From contig CAXXLZ010000001.1 in assembly GCA_963675595.2 (NCBI GenBank), forward strand, positions 64,001 through 128,000: DNA of 64,000 nucleotides, in the 5' to 3' direction. A model generated the notes under the pieces. That model did not search any database. It saw only the letters and a list, made by a program, of their open reading frames with translations, and was not told the DNA's origin. Origin of the DNA: Thermodesulfobacteriota bacterium (GTDB taxonomy: Bacteria; Desulfobacterota; Desulfarculia; JACQYL01). Shown piece by piece: positions 10,947 through 21,102 of the stretch. Numbering within the stretch: position 1 is the stretch's first letter; every line of letters begins with the position of its first letter. A program made the translations under genes and the position numbers.

Positions 10947-12527
10947 CTACCGTTGCTCGCTCCAATTGCCGTAGCGGTCTCTCAGAACGCGATGGAGAAT
11001 CTTGCCCGTGCCGGTTCGGGGCATGTCTTCTTCCTTGATGAAGTCGATGGACTTGGGCTTCTTGTATCCGGCGATCTTGTCCTTGCAGAAGTCCAGGATT
11101 TCTTTTTCCAAATCCTTCCCGGGTTCAACGCCTCCGTGCAGAATGATAACGGCTTTGACCGCTTCCCCCCATTTGGGGTCGGGAATTCCGATGACGGCCA
11201 CGTCCTTGACCTTGGGATGTGAGCCTACCACATCCTCCACTTCCGAGGGGTAGACGTTTTCGCCTCCGGAGATGATCATGTTTTTCTTGCGGTCCACCAG
11301 CGTGTAGAAACCTTCTTCGTCTTTTCGGGCCATGTCGCCCGCGCTGAACCATTCGCCGTGGAACGCCTCTTTGGTCACTTCGGGAAGTTTCCAGTATTCG
11401 TCGAAGACCATGGGGGTCCGAGAATACAATTCTCCCACCTCGCCCACGGGGACCTCATTCCCTTCGGGATCGAGCAGCTTGATACGATCGGTTCCCAGGA
11501 TTTCTTTTCCGATGGAACCCAGTTTGCGCATCTGATCCTCGGGCCTCAACAGGGTGACCAAGCCCGCCTCGGTGGAACCGTATGCTTCGAAGAGTTCCGA
11601 ATTCTTGAAGTAATCCATAATGGCCAGCTTGGTGTCCTTGCGCACCGGTGCGCTGGAACACATGAGCTTGCGTACACGGCTTACGTCGTATTTGTTTTTC
11701 ACTTCCTCAGGGAGGGAGAGCATCATGATGTAATGGGTGGGCACCAGGGAAGTGAAGGTGATCCGCTCTTCGGACAGTGTCTTGAGCAGGTGTTCCGGAT
11801 CGAAACTCACCATGTTGTAGACGCAAACGGCGCAGTAGGTATAAGTGAAAACAAAAGAATAGAAGATGGAATTGATGTGGCACATGGGCATAACCATGAG
11901 GCCGATGTCGTCACGACCGAAACCCAGCTCGCCGATGTTGGTAAGGTACTGAGCGATGAGGCCTTCGTGGGATCGTACCGCGCCTTTGGGCCGCCCGGTG
12001 GTTCCCGATGTGTACATGATGACCCAGGGGTCTTTGTGGTGGACTTCCACCCCGGGTTCTTCGGAGGAAGCCCGGGCGATGAGGTCCTCGTAGTGTACAT
12101 AGCCTTGAGGCGCCTGGTCCGCTCCGAAAAATACATAGTTGGAAGCCGGGATACCGGGTAGTTGATCGCGGACGCCGTCCACGCCCTGGGTGAACTCGCT
12201 CGCCACGATGAAGGCTTTGGCCTCCGAATTCTCCAGGATGTACTGATATTCCCGAGGGGTCAGACGGAACATGATGGGGACGGCCACGAGACCGGCCTTG
12301 GCCATGGCTCCGTAGAATTCCATCCATTCCAGGGAGTTGTAAGCGATCATGGCTACTTTGTCGCCCTTTTTCAGACCCAGGCCCAGCAACCCATCGGCCA
12401 ACCGACAACACCGCTCATTCCATTCGGAAAACGTGAGACTCCGCCTGAGGTCTTTGGCCCCCATCCTGTCCGGATAGAGATAGGCGGCCATGCGAATCAC
12501 TTCACCCACGTGCATCCAGCGGCTCAT
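10947..12527 (-). CDS. Acyl-CoA synthetase (AMP-forming, long-chain fatty acid-CoA ligase family)
   Basis: YTSGTTGRPKG, YGSTEAG, DRKKNMIISGGENVYP and PRTGTGKI motifs; RBS AGGAGG. Confidence 0.95.
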   Translation of the reverse strand: MSRWMHVGEVIRMAAYLYPDRMGAKDLRRSLTFSEWNERCCRLADGLLGLGLKKGDKVAMIAYNSLEWMEFYGAMAKAGLVAVPIMFRLTPREYQYILENSEAKAFIVASEFTQGVDGVRDQLPGIPASNYVFFGADQAPQGYVHYEDLIARASSEEPGVEVHHKDPWVIMYTSGTTGRPKGAVRSHEGLIAQYLTNIGELGFGRDDIGLMVMPMCHINSIFYSFVFTYTYCAVCVYNMVSFDPEHLLKTLSEERITFTSLVPTHYIMMLSLPEEVKNKYDVSRVRKLMCSSAPVRKDTKLAIMDYFKNSELFEAYGSTEAGLVTLLRPEDQMRKLGSIGKEILGTDRIKLLDPEGNEVPVGEVGELYSRTPMVFDEYWKLPEVTKEAFHGEWFSAGDMARKDEEGFYTLVDRKKNMIISGGENVYPSEVEDVVGSHPKVKDVAVIGIPDPKWGEAVKAVIILHGGVEPGKDLEKEILDFCKDKIAGYKKPKSIDFIKEEDMPRTGTGKILHRVLRDRYGNWSEQR

Positions 12528-12579
12528 GCCGATCCTCCTTGTTTAAAGCGACTCTTGAGAGTATCCGTTCACGGGAAGA

Positions 12580-12620
12580 CCGGAAAAGCCTAGAAAGACT
12601 TTTCCGGACCCTTGTTCAAA
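12580..12620 (+). repeat. REP-like hairpin copy
   Basis: CCGGAAAAG...CTTTTCCGG hairpin followed by an ACCCTTG tail; same family as 55891-55940. Confidence 0.6.
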
Positions 12621-12708
12621 CCGCTTGCGTGGGGTGCTCTCCGGCGCGCGGCAACCGAGGCCGCAGACTCTTCTCCGAAAAGCGTTCCCGAAACCACAAG
12701 TCGAATCG

Positions 12709-13515
12709 TCAAACAGCCTTGCCCGGCATTCCGTGCGCTTCCGCAGATTCGAGGGCGAACAGCGCGGCCCCAAGTGCTCCGGTGCATTGCGGGTCGGGAG
12801 GGACCGACACCGAGGCTCCGATTTCCTCTTCCAGTAGAGACACGATCACCGGATTATGCGCCACCACGCCGCCCGTGGCCACCACGGTGCCGGTGAGAGT
12901 TTCCATTTCCATGACCCGTTTCACCACGGATCGGAAAATGCCTTTGACCAAGTCGGGCAGCGGGGCTCCGGCCCGGATCTTTTCGAGGACCTCCGTGGCG
13001 GAGAACACGGTGCAGTAGCTTCCGAGCACGACTTCCCCGGAGGCTTGTTCCGCGAGGTCGTTCAACTCCTCAAGAGGCACCGACAAGCGGTTGGCCATTT
13101 CCTCGATGAAGGCGCCGGTGCCGGCGGCGCACTTACGATTCATCTTGAAGTTGATCCGATGTCCCCGCTCGTCGAGTTTCACCACTTTGTTGTCCTGGCC
13201 CCCGATGTCCACCAGGGTGATGGCGCGGGGAAAGGCGTGAAAACAGCCTTTGGCGTGACATCCGATTTCCGTGCGATCTTCCCGGGCGAAAGGGACGGTC
13301 TTTCGCCCATATCCCGTGGAGATGGTCCAGGCCGGAGCATCTTCCTCCAGGCCGGCCTGTCGGCAAATCTCCCGATAGGCGGTACGGGCCGCAGATTGGA
13401 AGTCGTGTCCCGACCGAGTCACATACCGACCCACGACCTTATGATTTGAATCGATGAGCACGGCTTTGGTCGCCGAGGCTCCAATGTCGATGCCGGCGTA
13501 TACGGGTAGCGTCAT
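12709..13515 (-). CDS. ATP-dependent acyl-CoA dehydratase activase (HgdC/BadF/BadG/BcrA/D ASKHA family)
   Basis: GIDIGAS, STGYGR, DIGGQD, MNRKCAAGTG and CTVFS motifs. Confidence 0.93.
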   Translation of the reverse strand: MTLPVYAGIDIGASATKAVLIDSNHKVVGRYVTRSGHDFQSAARTAYREICRQAGLEEDAPAWTISTGYGRKTVPFAREDRTEIGCHAKGCFHAFPRAITLVDIGGQDNKVVKLDERGHRINFKMNRKCAAGTGAFIEEMANRLSVPLEELNDLAEQASGEVVLGSYCTVFSATEVLEKIRAGAPLPDLVKGIFRSVVKRVMEMETLTGTVVATGGVVAHNPVIVSLLEEEIGASVSVPPDPQCTGALGAALFALESAEAHGMPGKAV

Positions 13516-13785
13516 ATCGAAAATCGGATTCGTCAGGGTCTTAAGGGAGAAGCCCGATTGGAGCCGGGCTTCCTCCTGGCCCTTTTGCAGGGTTGTCGGC
13601 TTATTCGGTGGAGCTTCATTGTGTGCGCCTGTCCTCAGGAGGCATCCGAAGAATGTTGTCCCAAATGCCTCCTTCAGCCCATTCCGGGGTCACCGAAGGC
13701 GAGATGAGCACCAACAAGTCTTGGAAGGATTCGGGGAGTCCGCAGTCGGAGAATATCCCCAAGTCGTCTCCGGAAAAACGCCTTT

Positions 13786-15048
13786 CTATCGAGCGGCGGA
13801 CTTGGCGGGCCGCCTCTCCTCAATCTGTTCCACGAATGCTTCTACGTTGGTGATGGTCTGCTCTTCCGAAAAGCATCGTAAGTCGTTGAGGTCGCCGTTG
13901 ATCGTCAGATAGGGGATGCCCAGACGGCGGGAGAGGCGTTCGGGCATGCCGTATCGGTTGTTGGAGTTGTTGGGACAGGTCTTGGCGTCGTGGTAGACGA
14001 TACCGTCCAATCTATACTGCTCCAAACGCTGCGCGATGTAGCGTTCCTTAAATTCTTCGTCCCGGACAATGAACAGTTCCAGGTAGGCTCGCGCCATACT
14101 GTCGAAAGGGTCCTCCGGGTCCAGGGTTTCGAACACCCAACTGTTGCAGTAGGTGGAGGCCGCCACGCAGGTGCGCAGGCGCGCGAAAAGTTCGCTCAGA
14201 TTCCTGAGCTTGCCCCATATGGGCATGCCCTCCCAGTAGAGCCGGAATGATTCTCCTTCTACTGCGGCGATGCCTTGGTTCATGCGTTCTTGGAGCTCGT
14301 GGAGGAGCGTTTCGTAGTAGTCCAAAGCAGTCTGAGTGCCTCGCGCCACTACGGCGGGAGCCATATGGATCGTTGCGTCGAAAAAGGTGAGGGGGGCGGG
14401 GATATGGGCTCCGCAATCCAACACCTGTTTCCAGAGATCGGAACATCGTTTGGAGAGCCCCACGGCCTCGGCCAACCGAGCGGGATCCAAAGACGATCCG
14501 GTGATCCGTTCGAGCGTGGGCACCAGGTCCCGAAGCTGTCTTGAAACGGATGCCACGTGATGCTCCCGAATCTCGCCGATTTCCCGGTGGGTCTCCACGC
14601 CCACGCAGGGGACGTTGAATTCCCGACCGTAAAAGGAGAACCAGTCCTTCACGTCGCGACACTGGTTGGTGTTGTATACCAGTACGTCGGGCCGGGGCGG
14701 GGACGAAATCCCGTAGGCCTTGGTCAGCGGGGTTTGTTTTTTGAGGTAGGAACCCACATCCGCGGTGAGATAGGAGCAGATGTCGGGAGAATAGCCCACC
14801 GCATTGGCGGCGGGGATCATGTCCGTGGCCATGCGCACCGCGCCGAGCAGAGCCCCGTGGTTCTCGGGAAAATAGACCAGAAACCCCATGCCTCTAAGGA
14901 GTTCCGCCGGTCCCACGCTGGTGCACCAGGCCACTTTGGGATGCCCTTCCGCCGCGGCCCGATCCAGCTCGGCGAAATGGTCGGCCATAATTTTCTTGAG
15001 AAGCCCCAAGCTCTTGAATTCCTTGCGTGGGGGTGCTTGGTTCGTCAT
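13786..15048 (-). CDS. 2-hydroxyacyl-CoA dehydratase family subunit (HgdA/FldB-like)
   Basis: FPENHGA, GYSPDICSY, NQC, HDAKTC and a C-terminal TNVEAFVE; adjacent to the activase gene. Confidence 0.88.
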   Translation of the reverse strand: MTNQAPPRKEFKSLGLLKKIMADHFAELDRAAAEGHPKVAWCTSVGPAELLRGMGFLVYFPENHGALLGAVRMATDMIPAANAVGYSPDICSYLTADVGSYLKKQTPLTKAYGISSPPRPDVLVYNTNQCRDVKDWFSFYGREFNVPCVGVETHREIGEIREHHVASVSRQLRDLVPTLERITGSSLDPARLAEAVGLSKRCSDLWKQVLDCGAHIPAPLTFFDATIHMAPAVVARGTQTALDYYETLLHELQERMNQGIAAVEGESFRLYWEGMPIWGKLRNLSELFARLRTCVAASTYCNSWVFETLDPEDPFDSMARAYLELFIVRDEEFKERYIAQRLEQYRLDGIVYHDAKTCPNNSNNRYGMPERLSRRLGIPYLTINGDLNDLRCFSEEQTITNVEAFVEQIEERRPAKSAAR

Positions 15049-15161
15049 GGAACGCTCCCGATGAAGTCCCTGCGGTTGTGTGTGCGTATCCGCCGCCGCG
15101 AGCCGGCTTCAAAGAAAATAGTCCCCCGGTATCGCGGAGCTGTGCGGTCGAACACCGGAGA

Positions 15162-17759
15162 CTACTTACCGACGGCCTTGTTTACGATCTCATTGATATC
15201 CATGACCTTGAGCCGTTTCCGTGTTTCCTTGGGGAATTCGTTCAGACCCTTTCGCAGGTTGTCCTTGCAGGACGCACAGGCGGAAACCAGAAGTGTGGCG
15301 CCCACGTCCAGGGCATCCTGAACCCGCTCCTTGGCCATGGACAGGCTCATTTCCGGATCCACGGCGGAAACGCCGCCCCCGGCCCCGCAGCATCTGGACT
15401 TGAGATGAGTTCTGGCCATTTCCACCAGGTCGACTCCGGGAATCTTCCGAAGGATGTTTCTGGGCGGCTCAAAGATTCCAAGTCTGCGTCCCAGGTCACA
15501 AGGGTCATGGTAGGTAACCCGTTCCTGTATCTCCGTGGTGAATTGGAGTTTTCCTTCACTGACCAGTTCATCGAGATACTCGACTGCGTGCCGCAATTCG
15601 GGCTTGAGATTGCCCGCTTTGGGGTAGAGGTCCTTGAAGCTGTGATAGCAGCCCGCGCAAGGAGTGACCAGGGTGCGCGCGCCCGTTTGGTTCACGCGAT
15701 CAAGCTGTTCCCGAGCGTGGCTTTCGAAAGTATCGGATCCGGACAGATAGAGCGGGAGCCCACAGCAGACTTCGTTGACCGCGAAGGAGGTGAAATCCTC
15801 GCCGGCCTTCTCCATGTTCTTCATGAGGCTCGGGACGATTTTCATGTCCACGTAACTGGGGACGCATCCCAGGAACAGGAGGGTCTCCGCGGTTTGCGGG
15901 AGGCGGTTTTCCTCGGCGGCCTTCTTGAATGGAGAAGGGTACACGGAAATACGTTCTTCGCGAGCCGAGGCAAAGGGATTGCCCGACTTGGCGATATTGT
16001 CCAGTACGGACTGGTAGGAAGGCGGAAGGAAGCCCGATTGAGCCAAGCGATCCCTGCATTTCTTCACGATTTCCGGGACCTTGATTTGGGCCGGGCAGTA
16101 ATAGGTGCAGGTGCCGCAGGTGGTGCAGCGATAAAAGGTATCCGCCAGTTCGCGATCCGGTTCGATCTGTCCGGTGAGCATCTGGTAGGCGAGAATGTTT
16201 CGTCCTCGGGCGTTCCTTGACTCCCTTTTGGAGACGCTGAAGGTGGGACACCCGTTTCGACAGAATCCGCATTGCACGCAGGCCAGAATCTCGTTGTCCT
16301 CCAACTCTCCCAGGGTCTTCAGCGCGGATCGTCCTTGGAGGAGGGTATGGAAGGCGAAATGGTCGTACACGTCGGTGACGGTTTCATCGAGCCCCATTTT
16401 GCCCGGATTCAGGATGTTTTTGGGATCGAGGGTATTCTTGAGGGCTTTCATGGTTTCGAAGCCCTTGCCCATCTCCCGGGCGATAAAAGGCGCACGCGTC
16501 AGGCCGGTGCCGTGTTCCGCGCTGATGGTGCCGTCCATTTCAAAGGAGAGTTCCACCAGGTCCAGCGCCGCGGCCTTGAGCCGCTTCCAGTAGTCCGGGT
16601 CGGTGAGGTCCCCCACGAACGTGGTGTGGATGTTTCCGTCGCCCACATGACCGAATGTGGCGATCATCACGTTGTGTTTTCTGGAAATCTGCTGGGCGCC
16701 CCGGACCATGTCGGGAATTCGATCAATGGGAATGCCGAAGTCTTCGCAAATGGGAACCAGACGATAGCCGGGTTTGATGCGGGACAACGCCGTGACCAGC
16801 CCCGCCCGGCCCCGCCACATGGCTCCCCGTTCCCGTGGGTTGTCCGACCAGCGGACCTGAAGGCCTCCGTGTTTGCCGCAAATGTTCCGGATGCGCTCCA
16901 TTTGATCGGTGACCGCCTCCCGATGGCCGTCCACCTCCATGATGAGCATGGCTTCCACGTCGGGAATGGCCAGGTTCATGGCTTCACGGACCACGTCGAT
17001 GCTCACCTTGTCCATGATTTCTCCGGCACAGAGCGGAATGCCGGAGGTGAGGATTTCAGTCACGGCGGCGCCCGCTTCGTCCAGGTTGTGAAACATGGCC
17101 ATGGCGAAGGCTACATATTCGGGCAAGGGGAGCACCTTGACCTTCACTTGGGTGACGATGCCCAAAGTGCCTTCGGAATTGATGAACAAATGGGTCAGAT
17201 CGTATCCGGTGGCGGTCTTGGGGGCTCGGGTCCCGGTTTGGACAACCGAACCGTCGGCTAGAACGACTTCCAGACCCTTGACGTAATCTTTGGTCATCCC
17301 GTATTTGACGGCTCTCAGACCGCTGGCGTTGGTGGAGACCATGCCTCCCAGGGTGGCGATGGCGGAACTGCCGGGGTCCGGAGGGAAAAAGACCCCGTGT
17401 TTGGACAGTACTTCGTTCAGGCGGCCACAGATGACTCCGGGTTCCACACGAACGTAGAAATTTTCGGGAGAAATTTCGAGAATGCGATTCATCCGGCTGA
17501 GGTCCAACAAGATGCCCCCGTGAGTGGGAAGAACCGCGCCGGTGACGCTGCTTCCGGAGCCTCGGGCGGTGACGGGAACGGATTGGGCATGGGCCGCTTT
17601 CATGATCCGGGAAACCTGGTCCGTGCCGTCCGCATAGACGATCAGGTCGGGAACTCCTTCGTGCACCGACATGTCTCTCGAATAGCAGAGACGTTCAACA
17701 CGTTCCGTGACGACATTGGACGCTCCAACGATTTCCCGTATCGTTTCGGCCAGTTCCAT
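15162..17759 (-). CDS. FAD-linked oxidase (GlcD-like) fused to Fe-S/CCG domain (GlcF-like)
   Basis: FPPDPGS, GHVGDGNIH and AEHGTG motifs; two CxxCxxCxxxCP motifs; CCG domains (VCCG, YHDPCDLGR, RCCGAGGG). Confidence 0.92.
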   Translation of the reverse strand: MELAETIREIVGASNVVTERVERLCYSRDMSVHEGVPDLIVYADGTDQVSRIMKAAHAQSVPVTARGSGSSVTGAVLPTHGGILLDLSRMNRILEISPENFYVRVEPGVICGRLNEVLSKHGVFFPPDPGSSAIATLGGMVSTNASGLRAVKYGMTKDYVKGLEVVLADGSVVQTGTRAPKTATGYDLTHLFINSEGTLGIVTQVKVKVLPLPEYVAFAMAMFHNLDEAGAAVTEILTSGIPLCAGEIMDKVSIDVVREAMNLAIPDVEAMLIMEVDGHREAVTDQMERIRNICGKHGGLQVRWSDNPRERGAMWRGRAGLVTALSRIKPGYRLVPICEDFGIPIDRIPDMVRGAQQISRKHNVMIATFGHVGDGNIHTTFVGDLTDPDYWKRLKAAALDLVELSFEMDGTISAEHGTGLTRAPFIAREMGKGFETMKALKNTLDPKNILNPGKMGLDETVTDVYDHFAFHTLLQGRSALKTLGELEDNEILACVQCGFCRNGCPTFSVSKRESRNARGRNILAYQMLTGQIEPDRELADTFYRCTTCGTCTYYCPAQIKVPEIVKKCRDRLAQSGFLPPSYQSVLDNIAKSGNPFASAREERISVYPSPFKKAAEENRLPQTAETLLFLGCVPSYVDMKIVPSLMKNMEKAGEDFTSFAVNEVCCGLPLYLSGSDTFESHAREQLDRVNQTGARTLVTPCAGCYHSFKDLYPKAGNLKPELRHAVEYLDELVSEGKLQFTTEIQERVTYHDPCDLGRRLGIFEPPRNILRKIPGVDLVEMARTHLKSRCCGAGGGVSAVDPEMSLSMAKERVQDALDVGATLLVSACASCKDNLRKGLNEFPKETRKRLKVMDINEIVNKAVGK

Positions 17760-17948
17760 GAGCTCTCCTAAAAAAGATGAGAAATGCTTGGAAAAAAAGA
17801 GACATCAAAAGTGAAAATCGGGGTTTTTCACTGCGAAACCTCCAATGAACTCTTGACTATTCATGGACAAGAAAGCCGGCTTTCATCTTTTTACACTGTG
17901 CACGCGGGAAAATGGACCGGAGTGTAACTACAATTTAGCTATAAAATA

Positions 17949-17978
17949 ACTGTAAGGGAGCGGTCGGCCGGTTGTCAA
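17949..17978 (-). promoter_or_regulatory. Putative sigma70 promoter of the catabolic cluster
   Basis: Minus-strand TTGACA-N18-TACAGT upstream of the 17759 start. Confidence 0.45.
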
Positions 17979-18152
17979 GAGATTTCACCCCGCCCTCAAG
18001 CTCGGCATGCCTTGAACCGAGCGGATTTGCGGAATCCGATACTTCTATCAGTCAATGACTTTTGCCCTTGCTGTATGGTTAAATCGGAATGACATGAAGC
18101 TGAGTACCAGGACGCGAAAATTCGCGACGGTTTTCTCGGAGGGGGCTCCTTA

Positions 18153-19880
18153 ATGAGCCGTAGGCGTTACGCGGACCTATACATGTTGCCCGTTTCCATG
18201 GGCATCGGATTTCTTGCGGCGGCCGGGGCGGTCTTCTTTCGCGGCCTGGTCGAGGCGGCCCAGCTCGTGTTCTGGAATTCCGGAACGGGCTTTCTGGATC
18301 AGGTGATGCTGTCCCCTTGGTGGCTGAGGCTTCTGCTGCCCACAGCCGCGGGCCTGGTGGTGGGTCCGGTGATCGTCTACCTCGTTCCCGAGGTCCGAGG
18401 ATCGGGTATACCGGAAGTCATCCTGTCCGTGTCCACCCGGCAAAGCACGATTCGACATCGGGTGACTTTGGTGAAAGCCGCGGTGACCGGTCTTCTTATC
18501 GGAGCCGGGGCTTCGGTGGGACGAGAAGGTCCCATTGTTCAGATCGGCGCCTCCATCGGTTCTTCCATCGCGCGCTTGTTCAGGCTGAACCCTGCTTTGA
18601 GACGGGTTTGCCTGGCCGCGGGGGCCGCCGCCGGCATCTCGGCCACCTTCAATGCGCCCATTGCCGGGACTCTGTTCGCGGTGGAAATCATTCTTATGGA
18701 CGTGGAGGTCGAATACGTCGGCCACATTATGATCGCCTCCATCACGGGGACCGTACTGTCTCGGATATTCTGGGGAGAATTTCCCCGGTTCGAAATTGTC
18801 GGATTCGAACTGACCCATCACTGGGAGCTTGGATTCTACCTGCTTCTGGGGATTCTTGCGGGCCTGACCGCCTTGGTGTTCAGCCGGGCCGTGATGACCA
18901 CGGACGAACTCTTTTCTCGTGTGAGAATTCCGGCCTGGATCAAGCCCGCTCTGGGCGGCCTGCTGTTGGGGCTCATCGGACTCAAGCTTCCTCACGTCAT
19001 GGGCGTGGGGTATGAGGCGGTGAACCTTTCATTGTCCAACAGCCTGCCGCTGCAATTGGCGCTGTTGATCCTGGCCGGAAAGATACTGGCCACCTCCTGC
19101 TGTATCGGATCCGGCATGAGCGGGGGAATCCTGGCACCTTCCATGGTGGTGGGTTCGGTGGTCGGCGCCGCATTGGGCCTCGCCGCGGACCGGTTCTTTC
19201 CCGGGCTCGGACTGAACCCGAGCGACTACGCCCTGGCCGGCATGGGGGCCGTTGTGGCGGGAACCACACTGGCGCCTATGACTGCGATCCTGACCATTTT
19301 CGAACTGACATACTCCTATCAGATCATCGTGCCTCTCATGGTGGTCTGCATTTCGAGTACTCTGGTGGTGAAACTGCTGTCCGGGTATTCGATTTACGAA
19401 ATGAAGCTCATCAAGAGCGGGGCCAACGTGGTGAGAGGGCACGATGCCGCCGTGCTTAGGGACCTGCAGGTTGGAAGTTTCATGCAGCGGGGGTTCGATT
19501 CCTTGCTCGATGCCTCCTGCCTGCGAGAGGTGGTGGACCGAACAATCAAGTCCCCCTATCCGCATTTTGTGGTCGTGGACAGGGAAGAGAGCATGGTGGG
19601 CGTGCTGAGTTTGAGAGATCTCAGGTCCTCTCTCGACAAGTATGAGGAACTGCAGGACATTGTGGTAGCGGCGGATCTCATGACCCGCGAAGTGGTAACC
19701 ATTGCCGGGGGGGACTCTCTGGAAAAGGCGTTCGACCTCTTCGAAAGGCATCGAGTTTCTTTTCTCCCGGTGGTGGATCCCGACGACCCCCGCAAAGTCT
19801 TGGGCGTGCTGAAGAAGGACGACGTAATTCAGGCCTACGAGGAACGGGTCCTTAAAGACCGGATACTATCCTCCTCGTGA
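18153..19880 (+). CDS. ClC-family Cl-/H+ antiporter with two CBS domains
   Basis: GSGIP, GREGP and GGILAP signatures, many TM helices, C-terminal CBS pair. Confidence 0.95.
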   Translation: MSRRRYADLYMLPVSMGIGFLAAAGAVFFRGLVEAAQLVFWNSGTGFLDQVMLSPWWLRLLLPTAAGLVVGPVIVYLVPEVRGSGIPEVILSVSTRQSTIRHRVTLVKAAVTGLLIGAGASVGREGPIVQIGASIGSSIARLFRLNPALRRVCLAAGAAAGISATFNAPIAGTLFAVEIILMDVEVEYVGHIMIASITGTVLSRIFWGEFPRFEIVGFELTHHWELGFYLLLGILAGLTALVFSRAVMTTDELFSRVRIPAWIKPALGGLLLGLIGLKLPHVMGVGYEAVNLSLSNSLPLQLALLILAGKILATSCCIGSGMSGGILAPSMVVGSVVGAALGLAADRFFPGLGLNPSDYALAGMGAVVAGTTLAPMTAILTIFELTYSYQIIVPLMVVCISSTLVVKLLSGYSIYEMKLIKSGANVVRGHDAAVLRDLQVGSFMQRGFDSLLDASCLREVVDRTIKSPYPHFVVVDREESMVGVLSLRDLRSSLDKYEELQDIVVAADLMTREVVTIAGGDSLEKAFDLFERHRVSFLPVVDPDDPRKVLGVLKKDDVIQAYEERVLKDRILSSS

Positions 19881-20160
19881 AACCGAACGTCTCGCTCACT
19901 TTTCTTAACAATCCGTTAAACCGAGGCGCCTTGAGGAAGGTCGAGATTACCGACGCCGCGATCCCTTGACAACTCGTCCCGTAAAGGCATATCAAAGGCC
20001 GTTGAAAAGGGCGGGACGTCCGTCGGCTGCCTTTCCCATCGTCCTCAGGGACGGATCCTTTCCTGCGACCCGGGACCGGAACAGGTTCGGCGAGAGCCGA
20101 CGGGCTCGGGCGTTCTGATTTCCCAGATTTCGGACAAACTGTGAATTGGAGGTATGGCTC

Positions 20161-21102
20161 GTGATACACGTGGAGCATCTCACCAAAGATTACGGTGGAA
20201 TTGAAGCGATCCGGGACGTGGACTTCGATGTGGAAAAAGGGGAGATCGTAGGATTCCTCGGTCCCAACGGTGCCGGCAAAACCACGACCATGAAGATTCT
20301 TACGGGATTTATGCCGCCCACGTCCGGCAAAGCCGTCATTGACGGTTTCAATGTGCTGGAGCAATCCATAGAGACCAGGCAACGGATTGGATATCTAGCC
20401 GAAAGTGTACCTCTGTATGGAGTGATGACCGTGGAGCGGTTCCTCGGTTTCGTGGCGGAGGCCAAGGGGGTCGAAAGCAAGGAGCGGTCTCGGGAAGTCG
20501 GCCGGGTTTGTGAAGCCTGCGGCTTGGAAGGAGTGCGTAAACGGATCATTTCGCACCTGTCCAAAGGTTACCGGCAGCGTGTGGGATTGGCACAGGCACT
20601 CATCAGCAATCCACCGTTGCTTATTCTGGATGAGCCCACCATCGGTCTCGACCCCACGCAGATCGTTGAAATCCGAAATCTGATCCTGGGGCTTCGGGAG
20701 AGCCACACCGTGTTGCTTTCCTCTCATATTTTGCCTGAGGTGAGTCAGGTCTGCGAACGAGTCATCATCATCAACAAGGGCCGTATCGTGGCCACGGACA
20801 GCCCGCGCAGCCTTCAGAGCGGGCGAAAAGGAGGGGACCTCATCCGGTTGGAGGTTCGGGGACCCCAAAGTGAAATCGCTCGGGTACTCACAGAGGTACC
20901 GGGAATCACCAACGTAGCGCAGGATCGGGGACCCGGCGAATTCGAGGTTCGAGTCGAGCCCGGCAAGGACGTCCGGCCCGTCATTGCCCAACAAGTCGTG
21001 AACAATGGCTGGGAATTACTGGAAATTCACCGCGTGGCCTTGAGTCTCGAGGACGTTTTCGTGCAACTGGTGACCGAGGAGGAAGAGGGGGAACAGTCAT
21101 GA
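20161..21102 (+). CDS. ABC transporter ATP-binding protein (GldA-like)
   Basis: Walker A GPNGAGKTT, LSKGYRQR, LILDEPT; GTG start with GGAGG RBS. Confidence 0.93.
   Translation: MIHVEHLTKDYGGIEAIRDVDFDVEKGEIVGFLGPNGAGKTTTMKILTGFMPPTSGKAVIDGFNVLEQSIETRQRIGYLAESVPLYGVMTVERFLGFVAEAKGVESKERSREVGRVCEACGLEGVRKRIISHLSKGYRQRVGLAQALISNPPLLILDEPTIGLDPTQIVEIRNLILGLRESHTVLLSSHILPEVSQVCERVIIINKGRIVATDSPRSLQSGRKGGDLIRLEVRGPQSEIARVLTEVPGITNVAQDRGPGEFEVRVEPGKDVRPVIAQQVVNNGWELLEIHRVALSLEDVFVQLVTEEEEGEQS

Noticed and set aside
10718-13760. CRISPR array from recurring palindromes
   Set aside because: The copies are dispersed, diverged and often inverted, with no regular repeat-spacer period and no cas genes.
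17980-18152. Fluoride riboswitch upstream of the ClC gene
   Set aside because: Only a weak 3' resemblance (CAATGACTT) and no matching 5' element. The protein has canonical Cl- motifs GSGIP/GREGP, not CLC-F motifs.
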